Positions 32,262 through 44,200 of a stretch of 64,000 bases of DNA are shown piece after piece. The DNA is from Andalucia godoyi And28 (taxonomy: Eukaryota; Protista; Jakobida): contig VRVR01000004.1 of the NCBI GenBank assembly GCA_009859145.1, forward strand, positions 1 through 64,000. The letters run 5' to 3'. The notes under the pieces were generated by a model that was given only the letters and a program-made list of their open reading frames with translations, was not told the origin of the DNA and did no database searches. The translations under genes and the position numbers were made by a program. Positions within the stretch are counted from its first letter, which is position 1. The number at the start of each line of letters is the position of its first letter.

Positions 32262-32900
32262 ATGTCGACAAGCACTTCGACTGGGCCGCAGGTGTCCAGC
32301 AAGAAACCGCCGTTTGCGTACCGTGGGCAGGACACGTTCGGCTCCTTTGCGGATGCTGCAGACGCTGCTCATGACGATGGTGGTGGTAGTAGTGGTGGGT
32401 CCGGTGTCGCCCATGAAGACCCGTCGAGTGTTGTGGATGGAAATTCTGCGGATATGTGGAAGACGCGGTTTATGATGCTTGCCGATGCGTACAAACGACT
32501 TGCGTCTTTGCAGTCGGAAATGAAGCTGCAGCTTGATGAAGCAGTCGACGAGATACAGCGGCTGCAGGGAACCATCATAGTCGAACGAGAAGTCTCCAAT
32601 CAGCTCATTCTGGGACCCATGAAGCAGGCTCCAAAGATAGTGGACGATCCCGCAATGCGAGAGATCTTGGCACGCGTTGAAAGAAGAGACGCGGAAAGAA
32701 TGTCGGATGCCGGACTCAGAGTGAAGGAGGTGGTGATTCCACAGAGACAACCGAACGGAGCGTTCATCTCTGTCGATGAGGTCCTGAGTATGTTTCAGGT
32801 CGAAACGGAAATGTACGAAAACAAAATCAGCCTGCTCGAAGCACATGTCGCAAAGCTCGAGGCTGAAAATGACGTTCTTGCCAGAACAAAGAAGACCTGA
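32262..32900 (+). CDS. Hypothetical coiled-coil protein (212 aa)
   Basis: Clean ORF with heptad-rich segments (LASLQSEMKLQLDEAVDEIQRL; YENKISLLEAHVAKLEAEN). No family was recognised. Confidence 0.7.
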   Translation: MSTSTSTGPQVSSKKPPFAYRGQDTFGSFADAADAAHDDGGGSSGGSGVAHEDPSSVVDGNSADMWKTRFMMLADAYKRLASLQSEMKLQLDEAVDEIQRLQGTIIVEREVSNQLILGPMKQAPKIVDDPAMREILARVERRDAERMSDAGLRVKEVVIPQRQPNGAFISVDEVLSMFQVETEMYENKISLLEAHVAKLEAENDVLARTKKT

Positions 32901-33421
32901 TGTCTGTGTCTGCGCCTTCATCTCATGATCTGCATCCTACTCAAACTCCCTCCTCCCCCGCGTCCTTTCGAAAGGAGCATGCCAGCACACGCGTTTCTTC
33001 TGATGTACCGAGGGCCCCGTGGATTCCGGGCTTTCGTGTCGCCGGGTACTCATTGAAGACGCATCGTCGTCTGTGATTCATTCTTGCTGCGGTTTGCGAT
33101 TGCGGATGGCCAAGAAGTCTGTCAATGGCTCCGCACAATCGTTTTCCTCTCGGTCCGCCATAACTCCTTTCCTGATGCGCGCCAACAACCTGCATGCATA
33201 AAACAAGAAAAAAATGATTCAACAACGAATCGATAATGGATGTTTGTACTCAAAAGACTGGGGAACGCAGACAGTGCAAATATAAAGGCGCTGAAATAAT
33301 TTAATTGGCAAGTGAAGAATGCATCGATACGGAGGAAAGAGGGAAAATTGAAAATTCGGGGTTTCGTCGGGGATTCGATTTGCTGCAATGTAGTGCAAGC
33401 TTCGGGATCACCAATCGGTGA

Positions 33422-34030
33422 TCAGCAGGTAGCATTGAGAATGTCGCATATCTCAAGCACATTCAAGAGCAGCAAGCAGCTGCTCGGGTACCAAGACATG
33501 GGGCTTGAATCAGGGCTGTGATTGCTGAAGACCAGTCCGTCCGTCGGCATTGACACATTCCTCAATCCAGAAACCCCTAGACCAGCAGCGCTCCTGGGGG
33601 TCGCCAAGTCGTCCGTCGCTATTCTTCCGAGTGCGGCAACGCTGCGGCTCTTCGGAAACAGCCTGCAGCTGCTGGTAGGAGCCGCACTCGGTGACGGAGA
33701 AGAAGGGCAGTTTCCCGAGAGCGTGCTGCTACCGTCCGTTTCTGCCGATGCATGGATGAGGGGCAATGCACTCCACGCAACGGACGCTGGACGAAGGGCA
33801 TGCGACATCAGATGGTTCAGCTGGGATTCCCGGCTTCTCTTCTTATTTCTCCTCGAGAAGAATGTGTACCTCGCGTAGTTTTTCACTTGTAAATTTGTCC
33901 TCGTTCCGATGTGCTCGGAAATGGCTTTCCAGTGCCCAAAGCCATAGATTTGGATCCCTTCAAAGAACTTGAACGATTCCGTTGGCGACCAGAGAGAGCG
34001 GTACGTCGAGATTTTCGAGTCTGCGAACAT
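33422..34030 (-). CDS. Single-repeat Myb/SANT domain protein
   Basis: WSPTESFKFFEGIQIYGFGHWKAISEHIGTRTNLQVKNYA, followed by a Ser/Pro-rich tail. The start is uncertain; the ATG at 34030 follows a pyrimidine tract. Confidence 0.75.
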   Translation of the reverse strand: MFADSKISTYRSLWSPTESFKFFEGIQIYGFGHWKAISEHIGTRTNLQVKNYARYTFFSRRNKKRSRESQLNHLMSHALRPASVAWSALPLIHASAETDGSSTLSGNCPSSPSPSAAPTSSCRLFPKSRSVAALGRIATDDLATPRSAAGLGVSGLRNVSMPTDGLVFSNHSPDSSPMSWYPSSCLLLLNVLEICDILNATC

Positions 34031-34854
34031 CTTTCCAGAATTCAGACGTGCGTTGGTTGAAAGCGCTGAGGAATTCGCGGCAACAAAATCAAAAAGAAAA
34101 TGCAAGGACAAAGAAGAGGAAAGGAACAGAGAGAAAGAAGAAAATGAAAATGAACAAGAAAAAGAAAAAGAAAAAGAGTACAGAGGAAGCGACGAAGAAG
34201 GCGTCACACGAATGCAGCGCGACGAAAACCAACAGCTTGCACCCCTAGCTGTCCGAGCGGCATGTGGTTTAAAATTATCACACGAAGTAGCAGACAACGC
34301 TTCGACAAACCAAAAGAGTATATTGTTGCCGGAGTGAGAAAGCGCACACGTTCGTCCACCACCCACACCCAGATCGGAGCGTGCAGAATGCTGATGGACA
34401 CGGCGGTTGGCATCCTTTTGGGAAACATGTTCACCAATTGGTACGAAGTGACTGCGGAAACCAAATCGTATCTGGCAAAGTCTGTCCGGGCCGAACTCAA
34501 TGATTGGTGAAAGTTCCGGGACGTGCATGAGCAAAAAGCTGTGCCAAAGCGTTTTGCGAAGACGTATCCCCGCTAACGGCGTACACGATGCTTTCCCGGA
34601 CGTCTTCTCCTCGAAGCACTCGGTGAAAACAGCGCAGGTGATCGCACGCAGTTGCCTCATGCACGAGCAAACCCCGGAAGTGGACAGGCAGGCGAAGCTT
34701 CTGCTAATACACGGACCGCTCACTCTCCGATCGCTGGCGAGCCACGCCAGCTCACGCACTTTCTTCTTCTTTCGGACAGGGCCGAGCAAGTGCGTGTACA
34801 TGCGATTTATCCCCGTCACTTCTTGCCACGCGTCCGGCGGCGCACGCCATCTAT

Positions 34855-36090
34855 TTACGACGTTCGTCCGCTGCGGGTAAACGGGCCGTCGCCTTCGGCA
34901 TACGTAGGAGAAGGCAAAAGGAATGGCAGTTCGTCGGCACTCATGTCGATCGGCTGAAATAGAACGCCAATTTCAAAGGAAAGAATACGCAAAGAGTCGT
35001 CGTCGCTCGAGAGAGAGCCCCAAGCTGCCTTGGACAGGTTTGCAGAAGTCACAAGCACAAAATCGACGCTTTGTGAAGAGCTCTTGACGGAATTGCAATA
35101 GAACTTGGCGTGACTCAGAATACCGCTTTCGTGTCGAAATCGCAAGTTTGTCATGCGTTCTCGCAGGTGGGGAGTGCACTGCTTGGACTCGAGCCACAAG
35201 TGATCTGCCATTTCCGTTGCAAAAAAGCTGTTTTCCACGTCGAACACGGAATGCCACGATAGCTGCACATCCTTGCATCCAAACGACCGTGCCAGCTGAT
35301 CGGTGAGAAAAGAGTCGGAGAGTGCGCCAATGGAAGAGCAAGTACACCACAACTTCCGCGAGGATGATGCAGTCGGCTTCGTGAACGGCGAGCTTCTCAC
35401 GGCGCCCAACAGCTTTCGCACCCGCATGTGTCCGTAGCGGTACAACGCGCTGCCAGTGTGTGCTCCGGGAACGGAAGTCACGAGTTTCACGTCACCGGTG
35501 TTGGAAAAGTCGGCCTGTGACAGTCGACTGAGAACGTGGGTTCTGAAAGATTTGCCGGAGTCCCATAGGCGATCAAGATAGTCCCAGAGCAAGAAGCCAA
35601 ACGAATCGAGATCGAACGGGTTGCGCTGCGAAACACCGGGTTGCGTCTCGCGAATCGGAAAATCCCTCGACCACGCAAGCTGGAATTTACCAGAGTGATC
35701 CAGCTCCGTCAGATTGGCCGTCAGAATAACGAGTCTCATGTATGTCGGATAGAAAACGATAAAGAGTTTCCCATGGTTTGTTCCGAACGATGGTAATTTC
35801 GGGAAATGAGGTCGGAACATTGGGTAGTGGGACCAGTACTTGTCAAACTCGTCCAATGTCATCGTGCTCAGCGTCTTGGAAACGGAACCGTGGCAGAACC
35901 AAATAGGGATTAAGTTCACCATTGGAACGACGTCCAGGAGCCAGTCGAGAGAGAAGTTGTAGGAAGTCGCCACAATAAACTGCGCGTCTTTCGTCACTTG
36001 GTCCCGCAATCGGAGTGTCCCGACGCTCTTCGAGCTGTTCGCAGGACTATTGGAAGCAAACGACAGGATTTGATTAACCGCGAACAACAT
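34855..36090 (-). CDS. TDP1: Tyrosyl-DNA phosphodiesterase 1
   Basis: Two HxK motifs (GTNHGKL..VILTANL; SHAKFY..VTSANLSKAAWG), plus LVTSVPG and SFEIGVLF. Confidence 0.93.
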   Translation of the reverse strand: MLFAVNQILSFASNSPANSSKSVGTLRLRDQVTKDAQFIVATSYNFSLDWLLDVVPMVNLIPIWFCHGSVSKTLSTMTLDEFDKYWSHYPMFRPHFPKLPSFGTNHGKLFIVFYPTYMRLVILTANLTELDHSGKFQLAWSRDFPIRETQPGVSQRNPFDLDSFGFLLWDYLDRLWDSGKSFRTHVLSRLSQADFSNTGDVKLVTSVPGAHTGSALYRYGHMRVRKLLGAVRSSPFTKPTASSSRKLWCTCSSIGALSDSFLTDQLARSFGCKDVQLSWHSVFDVENSFFATEMADHLWLESKQCTPHLRERMTNLRFRHESGILSHAKFYCNSVKSSSQSVDFVLVTSANLSKAAWGSLSSDDDSLRILSFEIGVLFQPIDMSADELPFLLPSPTYAEGDGPFTRSGRTS

Positions 36091-36544
36091 TCTCTACGTG
36101 GAAACAAAGTGCATATACAATGAACAGGTGCGTCTCATTCCCCTCAAGACAGCAGCGATGCACGGCACGAACACGACGACCAAGTTTCCTTCCTCAGTCC
36201 CGTGCCACAAACCAAAAAATTTATTTTTCTATTTATTTATTTTTTTTAAAAAATTAAAAATTTTAACAGCGTAAGAATAGTTATTATTTTAATATGAAAA
36301 AAAAAAAAAACAAGAAGCCACCTTCGTCAATGAAGTGCACGTCAAGCCGCATCTTGGGAGGAGATTCGAGTTCAAGCTTCGCAACGAAATAATTTACATG
36401 GACAGACACCGGTCGTGCAAAACAGAACAGTGTGAACGAGGGGAAATCATGTACAATAATTGAAGAAGAAGAAGAAAACAAACCTGGAAGGAAAGAAAGG
36501 GGAGGGAAAAGAGGGAGGAAAGTTAAAAGACAAGTCTCAAGACG

Positions 36545-38612
36545 CTACGCCGCAGAGTCGTCAGAAGAAGCGTCCTTTGGTTTTCCCTTGATCATGGAGC
36601 GCAGTCGAAACCAGAAACCCTTCTTCTGTTGTGGCTCCACGGGAGGTGGCACAGGAGGAGGGAGAGACCGGTCCATTTCGTTCGTCCGATCTGTTTCGGC
36701 AATGACTGTGACCGGTTCCTGCGATACTGGCAGCTGTACAGAGGAGGACTGACTTGGTCTCCGAGAGCCAGACCGCGAGCCGCTCCCGGATGGCGGTCGT
36801 TGGGGCTGCGAAACGTCGACAAGACTCCCGGATCTCGAAGGCGACTTCTTCGAATTTGAAGGAGACGAGGACAACGATCCGGTGGAGGAGGAAGCAGAAG
36901 AGGCAGGGGTAGACGAAGCTGCTGCTGCACGGGAAATGGACAAAGAGGAAGGTTTCCTCGCAGAATGCAGTTGCGATGCGTCACGCGGCTCCGGATCTGC
37001 CTCTGGAAGGAAACGAAAACCGTCGGCATCTCCCTGATCGGATATCGGAGAAATGGAAGCGTGAGACAGCGGACTTCGGATAGGCGAGCCTTCCTCGGAG
37101 GACGCGATCAGCGAATCGATTTCAGAAGCAAAATTCTCCAGAGCATCGTGTAAATTGCTGTGCTTTGCTGGCGTCGAAGGGTTTGGATCCTCAAAGGCAA
37201 CGGACTTCTTGGATGATCTCGAGGACTTTGGAGTGACTTCATCCGACGAACAGGGTCTGCCCTTCGACGTCTTGGACTGCAAGCTCTTCTTCGCAGCAAC
37301 AGCAGCGGCAGCAGCAGCATACGACGAGACTGCAGATGACGACAGGGAGCGCGTCATGCGATTCACCTTGATGGACGAATTAGGGGCGATTGGCATGCTG
37401 CTTCGGGGCGTTGTCGTCGGTTCCTTGTCCCCCTTGTCCTTCAATGCGGTGCGTGGAGTACTAGACCCCAAAAGGTTTTTCGGTATCAACGGAGGCAACA
37501 AAGTTTCCGACGCGAGTTTCGTTGAAGCCTCGTTTGCTGATTTTGTCCTCGACGGAGTGTGAACCGCAGAAGCCAGTTCCTTTTCTACATTCTCCAGTGC
37601 AAATCGTATCATCCCAGAAGAAGGGCATTGGTCCAAAATCAACAACCCTTTCGAGCAATAGGCCAACGATCGTTCGCGGTTTTTCACAACCAGAAGTTCG
37701 TACAGTGCAAAGATGTACTGTGCGGTTCCCAGTAACATCTGTTTGGCATATTTCTTGAACGTATAGATTTGTGACCAGTATGACGCCCGCTCGCGGTCGT
37801 CCTTCTGCGTACTGACCCTGTCAACCAGCTTCTTCAAAATACCGACGTAGTTCTCGAGCAACTCGTGGTCTTCCGCAGCCATGAGAAATGTGCACAGATT
37901 GACGAGGACAAACAACTGGTCCAGGAACGAATGATTCTCTGCACAAATCGTCTTGTACACGTAAGAAACCTTGCGAGCTGCGGAGTCAAAGCTGCGGGAC
38001 GCGAATGAGCACCCTGCGACCACCAGATGGATCGTGCAGTCCCAGCGGCTGACCGTGATTGGACTGATGCTTTGGCTGTACTGGTCAAGAAACAGTCGTG
38101 CTCTCGATATCAGGTCCACTGCATACTGGACCCCGATTTTTCGAGCAGTAGCCTCCACAAAGAACAAAATCGATGCGAAATACAGTTCCACGAACTCGGA
38201 ACACAACGGGGAGCCCGGCCCCTCCACTCGAAGCAAAAACGCAAATGCATATTCCAAAAGCGATGTACAATCAATGTAGTCCTCCTTGTCAAAGGACCGA
38301 CGAGCCCCTTCAATATGCAAAAAAAAACTCGTCGATATTTTGCTTCTTTAATCCGGACACATCCTGGACAAACGAAATTTGTGGGTCTGAAAATCGAAAA
38401 TTTGTCCTTCTGAAAGACTTGGATCGCTCACCATGCGGGACTGGAGCATGGTCTAGTTTGCCAGAAGGAACCGACTGGCGAAGAGGTTCAGAACCCAGCA
38501 GAGCATAGTGCTCGCGAATTTCTGCCTTGTGAAAAGTGCTCCATATTGGAAACTTGTGCGCAAGCAAATTACTGCTTACAACATCATTGAGCGGTATGAA
38601 GAATAACTTCAT
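36545..38612 (-). CDS. Hypothetical protein (helical TPR-like N-half, Ser-rich C-half) with an apparent 1-nt frameshift in a homopolymer
   Basis: Track ORFs 38310-38612 and 36545-38320 join if the A9 run at 38319-38327 is A8 (...NIDEFFLHIEGARR...). Confidence 0.6.
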
Positions 38613-38916
38613 GTGCTGACAACCAGTTCCGTTTTACACGTCCTGCACTTCATGCAATGTTTCCGCGATAGCGTGATGCGGGAAAATCCGTTGATTTCTT
38701 CTACCAATGGAAGCGCAACGTCAAAAAGGAGAAGGTCAGCAGAGATCGATCATCCTTGTTTCTTGCAAACGCAAAATCTTGACGTACGACAGACGGGTTA
38801 AGCAAAGGAAGCGTGTTATGGTGCCGTTTTTTTTTTTTTTTTTAATTTTAATTTAATTTAGTAACCTCCTTCATGCATACCAGCCACTGGGGCATCGTCC
38901 TATTGATTTCACTCCT

Positions 38917-40200
38917 TTATCGAACATTTCCATTCGGGATGGCGCAGGCTCCGATCGGTCCTGCCGAAGTCGTAAACGGCTTTCCATTGTAATTTGGCAC
39001 CCCGGCAGCATCCGTTCGGAATCCGCTGAGCAGCTTCTCAAGTTTCTTTGAATTGATCTGCTTATCGGCGGCTCCCGAGAATCCTTCGAATGAGACACGC
39101 TCGCCGGGCTTTGCAGCGTCTGGGACAGTGGGAAGGACAACGATTGTGTGCGCATCGTCGGAGGCAGCCATGACCATTCCGAATGATTCAATACCTCGCA
39201 TCTTGGCTGGCTTGAGATTGCAGATGACAACAACCAGTCGGTTCATCATCTGCTCGATAGGAACAAACTTCACAAGCCCTGAAACGATGGTGCGAGGCTT
39301 TTCTTCTCCTACATCGATCTGCTCGACATACAAGGATTCGGCGTCCGGATGCTTCTTCACATCTACGATTCTTCCAATGCGGATGTCCATCTTGTCAACT
39401 TCATACGCATCTTCGACAACAGGCGCAGGAGCGGACTTCTCGGTCTTTTCCTTCTTTTCCTTTTTCTTTCCGTCATCAGCCTTGGCCTCGGGTACCGCGG
39501 CAGCAGGTTGAGCAGGAAGAACAGCGGGCGCAGCAGCAGCAGCTACTGCATCGACCTGTGGCTTACCCGAAGCGGGCGGAGCAGACTCCTTCTTAACATC
39601 CTTCTTTTCCTCCTTCTTCGTGTCCCTCTTATCCTCTTTTGCAGGAACGGGGGCCTTGACGGCTTGGACCATGGGCTTGATTTCGACAGGATAGTTCTTG
39701 TTGATTTGGACAAAGGGGCACACATTAGACTCCTTCACGAACGACTGCACGTAGTCAAACCAGCGAACAACGTTGCAGCACGCAAATCGATCCTCATCGT
39801 TCATGCTGTCAATCGCAGGAAACACCGCGGCAAAGACAGCGAGATCCGCGAGTGAGAGCGACGATCCAACCATCGCAATTCGCTTCGAAAGCCACGATTG
39901 CAAAAGGAAAATGTCAGCCTTTCCAAGCTTGTCCTTTGCTGCTCGGCAGAACGAAACCCACTGCCAGACCTGCCCTTCTTCGTTGGGGTTCGACCCTGCA
40001 AGCGACGATCCAAACGCAGTGACAAAATATGTCGAAATCGCATGTGATCCTGTAATGGAGACTTTTTCATTCACAACCAGAACAGGCTCACGGACATCCG
40101 CAGATTCAACAGACAGTGACTTGTCTGCATTCGGAATCTGAGAAAGCACCAGCTGAACGTACACGGACGCCGGATCGTTGCTTACTCGCAAAGTCGGCAT
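38917..40200 (-). CDS. ARC1: Arc1p/AIMP1-like aminoacyl-tRNA synthetase cofactor (GST-like plus tRNA-binding OB domain)
   Basis: GST-C-like LSLADLAVF...RWFDYVQ, a Lys/Ala linker, and an EMAPII-type DIRIGRIV..HPDAESLYVEQID..NLKPAKMRGIES.GM domain. The start MPTLR is at 40200. Confidence 0.9.
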   Translation of the reverse strand: MPTLRVSNDPASVYVQLVLSQIPNADKSLSVESADVREPVLVVNEKVSITGSHAISTYFVTAFGSSLAGSNPNEEGQVWQWVSFCRAAKDKLGKADIFLLQSWLSKRIAMVGSSLSLADLAVFAAVFPAIDSMNDEDRFACCNVVRWFDYVQSFVKESNVCPFVQINKNYPVEIKPMVQAVKAPVPAKEDKRDTKKEEKKDVKKESAPPASGKPQVDAVAAAAAPAVLPAQPAAAVPEAKADDGKKKEKKEKTEKSAPAPVVEDAYEVDKMDIRIGRIVDVKKHPDAESLYVEQIDVGEEKPRTIVSGLVKFVPIEQMMNRLVVVICNLKPAKMRGIESFGMVMAASDDAHTIVVLPTVPDAAKPGERVSFEGFSGAADKQINSKKLEKLLSGFRTDAAGVPNYNGKPFTTSAGPIGACAIPNGNVR

Positions 40201-41237
40201 ATTGAAAGAAAGATAAAGTTTACTCAAACTGCAAACAATAGTATAGCAACAAACACGAAAAGAACTTCTGAGTTGGATCCCAGCATTCGTTTGAACAAAA
40301 CAAAACCAAAACCAATGAAAGTTTCCCCTCCGATTCCGCGAAGATCGTGTGAACAGCAAGCCAGAGAAAGGCAAAAACCGAGAAGGACCACGAGATCTAC
40401 AGTCGGGCGAGAGCATCGTGTGATGCTAGGCGGTTGATGCTCAGAAAAGGAAAAGGGGGATGGGGGAAGTGCGCTTGAGAAGGCAGGGAGAGGGGAAACA
40501 GACGTGTCAAAACAGAGAGAAAACACGCCACGCCAAGTTTGGAAAATGAGGCCTTTTCTCTTCCGTTCCGAAACCCACTTTCCGTCTAATCGAACTCTTT
40601 GCTCACGAAGACACACACACACACACGCACGCACGCTGGTATTTGCTTTATTTTATTATTTATTTATTTATTTGTTTGTTTGCTTGTTGTTGTTGTTGTT
40701 TTTAGGTTGGTTGTTCGTTTTCCTTTCAATTTCCCAGAGAAGAAGAACATCAAAAAGAAGAAAAAGAAAGAAAGACGTTGTTTGCTTTTTATCTCATGCT
40801 TGGACATTAGAGAGTGTGATACACCCCTTTCCCCTCCTTATCTTGCTTGTGCATCTGGGAACAATTCTATTATTATTATTTTTATTGCCATAATTATTTT
40901 CTCGTCGGTAATTCGTCTCTTCTTTTCCGCTTTTATTTCCATCTTTCTTGTTTTGTTCTGATCATCACTGATTCGTATTGCTGCTTCTCTTTCTCTCACC
41001 TTGCGTCGGTGCCGTGCTGTCTTGTGCCTATTTTTTTCTTCTCCCCCGCTTCCCTTGGTCTTTGCGTTTTTGTCGTTCCTCGCTCACTCCGAGCCAGTTG
41101 ACTCACCGAGTACTTAACTCCGGCTGTCTATACATACTGCGGTGTAACCTGTCCGCATCAGCTGTGATTCTCTTCGCCTTCGTCACCTCCTCGGCCTCGT
41201 CATTCGTGTTGTGACACAAACCAGAAAGGTCCTCTCC

Positions 41238-44200
41238 ATGCCGTTGTGCACCTTTCGAGCCCCGCTTCCAGATCGGGTGCAAAAGTATGTAGCAGTGTGT
41301 TTGTCGGATGCTGAGGCTCCTGCAAAGATCAGAGCGTGCGAGAAATTGGCGAACATTGCGCGGAAGAAGTCTCAATCGACACGGAACATTCTCGTCGAGA
41401 AAGGCGCTCTTCCCCCGCTGCTGCATATGGCGACAAAGAGCGCAGAGATTCGCGTGATGAGACCTGCGATGCGTGCTTTGCGATATCTTTCCGTGAATCC
41501 GTACATTACTCAGGAATTGGATCACATCGGAGCTGTGAGGGAGATTGGCATTGTTGCCAGGGAGCTTGACATTGGATATTCTCGATACTCCATCCAGTTC
41601 ATCAAGAACATGGTACAGTTCTGCTTGAACCGCCATTTGTTTGTCCAGAACGGAGGGCTTTTTCCACTCGTAGAATACCTTAACCATCCCGATTATGAGA
41701 TACAAGTTGCCAGCTTGGAGGTTTTGTCCCTCTTGTCCGACTTGGATGATGCCATCAATACGCTATTCGAACTCCAAGCGTCGCGTATGATTATTCAAAT
41801 GCTGTCGTCGAACGATCGATATGCCGCTCGCTATGCGCTCATGCTTGTATATAGATTTTGCACGGTGAGAGAATTTCGGCAAAGACTTCTTCACGAAGCT
41901 GTTTTAGACCCAATTCTTGTCGTCGTGTCATCCAGTTCTTGGCAGAATGATCACCAGGCGATGGTGTTTGCTTGCAAGAGCCTGCAGTGTCTCGCGACGG
42001 ATGATACTGAAATCCAGAAAACCATCATTAGCCATCCGGGTTTGTCATTTTTGCTGCGCCTCATTCATAACAGCGAAGAATATGTGCGAAACCAGGCTGC
42101 TGCTGCATTGTCTGTCCTGTGTAGTAATCTATCTTCGTGCCTGACCGTTGCTCATCAGCACGGTCTTTCCCACTGGTTGCGCCTTGCGGAGTTTGAATCC
42201 GCTCGACTGTACGCATGCAAGGTTCTCTGCGATCTTGCGGATGTCCGTCACCGTTGCTCGAATTGCGATGCCACAATTGGTGAGAGGGAACGAAGATACC
42301 ACTGCCATGTTTGCGAGGACTATGACCTCTGCCAACAATGCTACGACCATTGTGTTTCGGGTGCGAAAATGCCCGGATACCATCAACCGCAGCACTTCAT
42401 GTCCTGTCATGAACAGTACTTTGCGATTGACATTCTCTCGTCTCCCACCGGACTGCGGTCCTTGTACAGATCGATTACGCCGCCAGAGAAGGACGGGAGC
42501 CCGTCGGAGCAGGAAATCATGCTTCAAGAATTTTGTTCAGGTACTCTGGCAAATTGCTCTGCGCTGTCCTCGCAAACTTGCAGCGTCGTCATTCGTGAGC
42601 CGGATGCGATCCCTGCGATTCTTGAAATGATCAACTCTCGGCACGCGACTAATCGGTCCATTCTGAATGGCTGCACAATTTTGATGAATTCCTCCATACA
42701 GGAGGACCTGGCTGGTTTGCTTGTTGAGAAGAACACGGTGTTGGTTCTTCTGCGTATGTTGGAGGGAGAGTCGCATGCAGCGAGCGATATTCAGATTTTA
42801 CGAACTGCTATGGAGACTGTTGCCAACTTGTTTCCACTTGTCAATAATTCTTTTGTTTCGGATCTCGATCCGCTTTCACGACTGATTTCGTTCACTCACT
42901 CCGATGACGTTCAAGTGCATGGTGCACTTGCGCGTATTTTCAAGTCATGCTGTGAACGTTGGCCGGGATCCATGTTTGATAATATGGAGTCGATGGTTAC
43001 TTCACTGTGCTTCCTTTCTGAGACCCCGTCCACTTTTGTCCGGCGAGACGTAGCCCTGGCACTGCGTTGTTTTGCGAAGCATCGGTCGACGTTACTGACT
43101 CGCCTGAATGTGTTGCTAGCCACCATCATTCCGGAAAAACCGGAACGGCCGTCGCATACCCGTACGCCATCGTCCGGATTGGACAACTTTTATGCGGACC
43201 CGGCAGCTTCTCCAGAAAAGATGCCGCCGCAGACTCCGAGCTCCGCGGTGGTGTCCACGCCGAACGTTGGAAGATCACATTCTACTTCCGTCCCGAATGG
43301 CAGCAGTGGTGCAGTGAGCCCGCCCCTTAGTGCAGGTGCTCATCGCTTTCATGTTCGGCAGCGATCTCGATCGACAGCAGACAGACCTTCCGAACTAGAG
43401 CAAATTACGGCGTTTCGGACAATCACGGAGTACCCCCATATTTTTGAATCAATTGTGAACGCGTTTCATGCGATACTTCTTGCTGAGAACGACTCCACGA
43501 TTGGCGATTGCTGCATCGACTCCGTTGATATGCTGTTGAATCCTGTCGCGCCCTCTTCTGGAACTCCTGTTTCTCCGGGGACCGTTGGTAGCAGCTCGTC
43601 GTCTGCCAGATCATTGCCGTTTTCTCAGTCTCCGCATTTGGCTCCATTTTCGGCGTACCAAGAAATGACGGAAATCATCGTGTGCAAGCTGCTATACATT
43701 GCCAGCAAAGTGTTCGAGGTTTGTGATTCTGCTGACTCCAGGCGGAGGATTGCGAGTTCAATTGATTCCATCACTCGTTTACCGTTGTTTCCGAACTGCT
43801 CGCTTGCAGAAAAGAGGCAGATTATATCTGTGCTTGTGTCCTTGTCCGACAACGCAGACAGCTTTGTTGTGAAGAAATCTGCCGCGACGTTGGAGAATGT
43901 TTTCTGTCATGGCCGGGTAGAGTCCAAAGAATGCACACCAGTTGTCTGGAATGCGCTTGCAAGATTGGGACAGTCTGTGGATGCAGATGTCCGGAAGAGC
44001 GCCCTCAATGTCATGCAAATGCTTGGTCGAAGCATCATCCAGGAAAACAGTGTCAAGCTTGCTGTCGAGGCCGGCCTCAGTGTCACTGCGAAATGCTCCT
44101 TTGGAGATCAGGTTCGTAACCTGCAGCTTCCAAAGGCGGCGATGTCGCTTTCCGAGGTGCGTGCTTTCTTATTTCAGGCTTTCAATATCCAGTCGATGAC

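Noticed and set aside
34031-34819. Long N-terminal extension of the Myb ORF (465-aa track ORF)
   Set aside because: It runs through a TTTTC-type low-complexity tract and shows no recognisable domain. It is treated as UTR or intron, although an upstream exon cannot be excluded.
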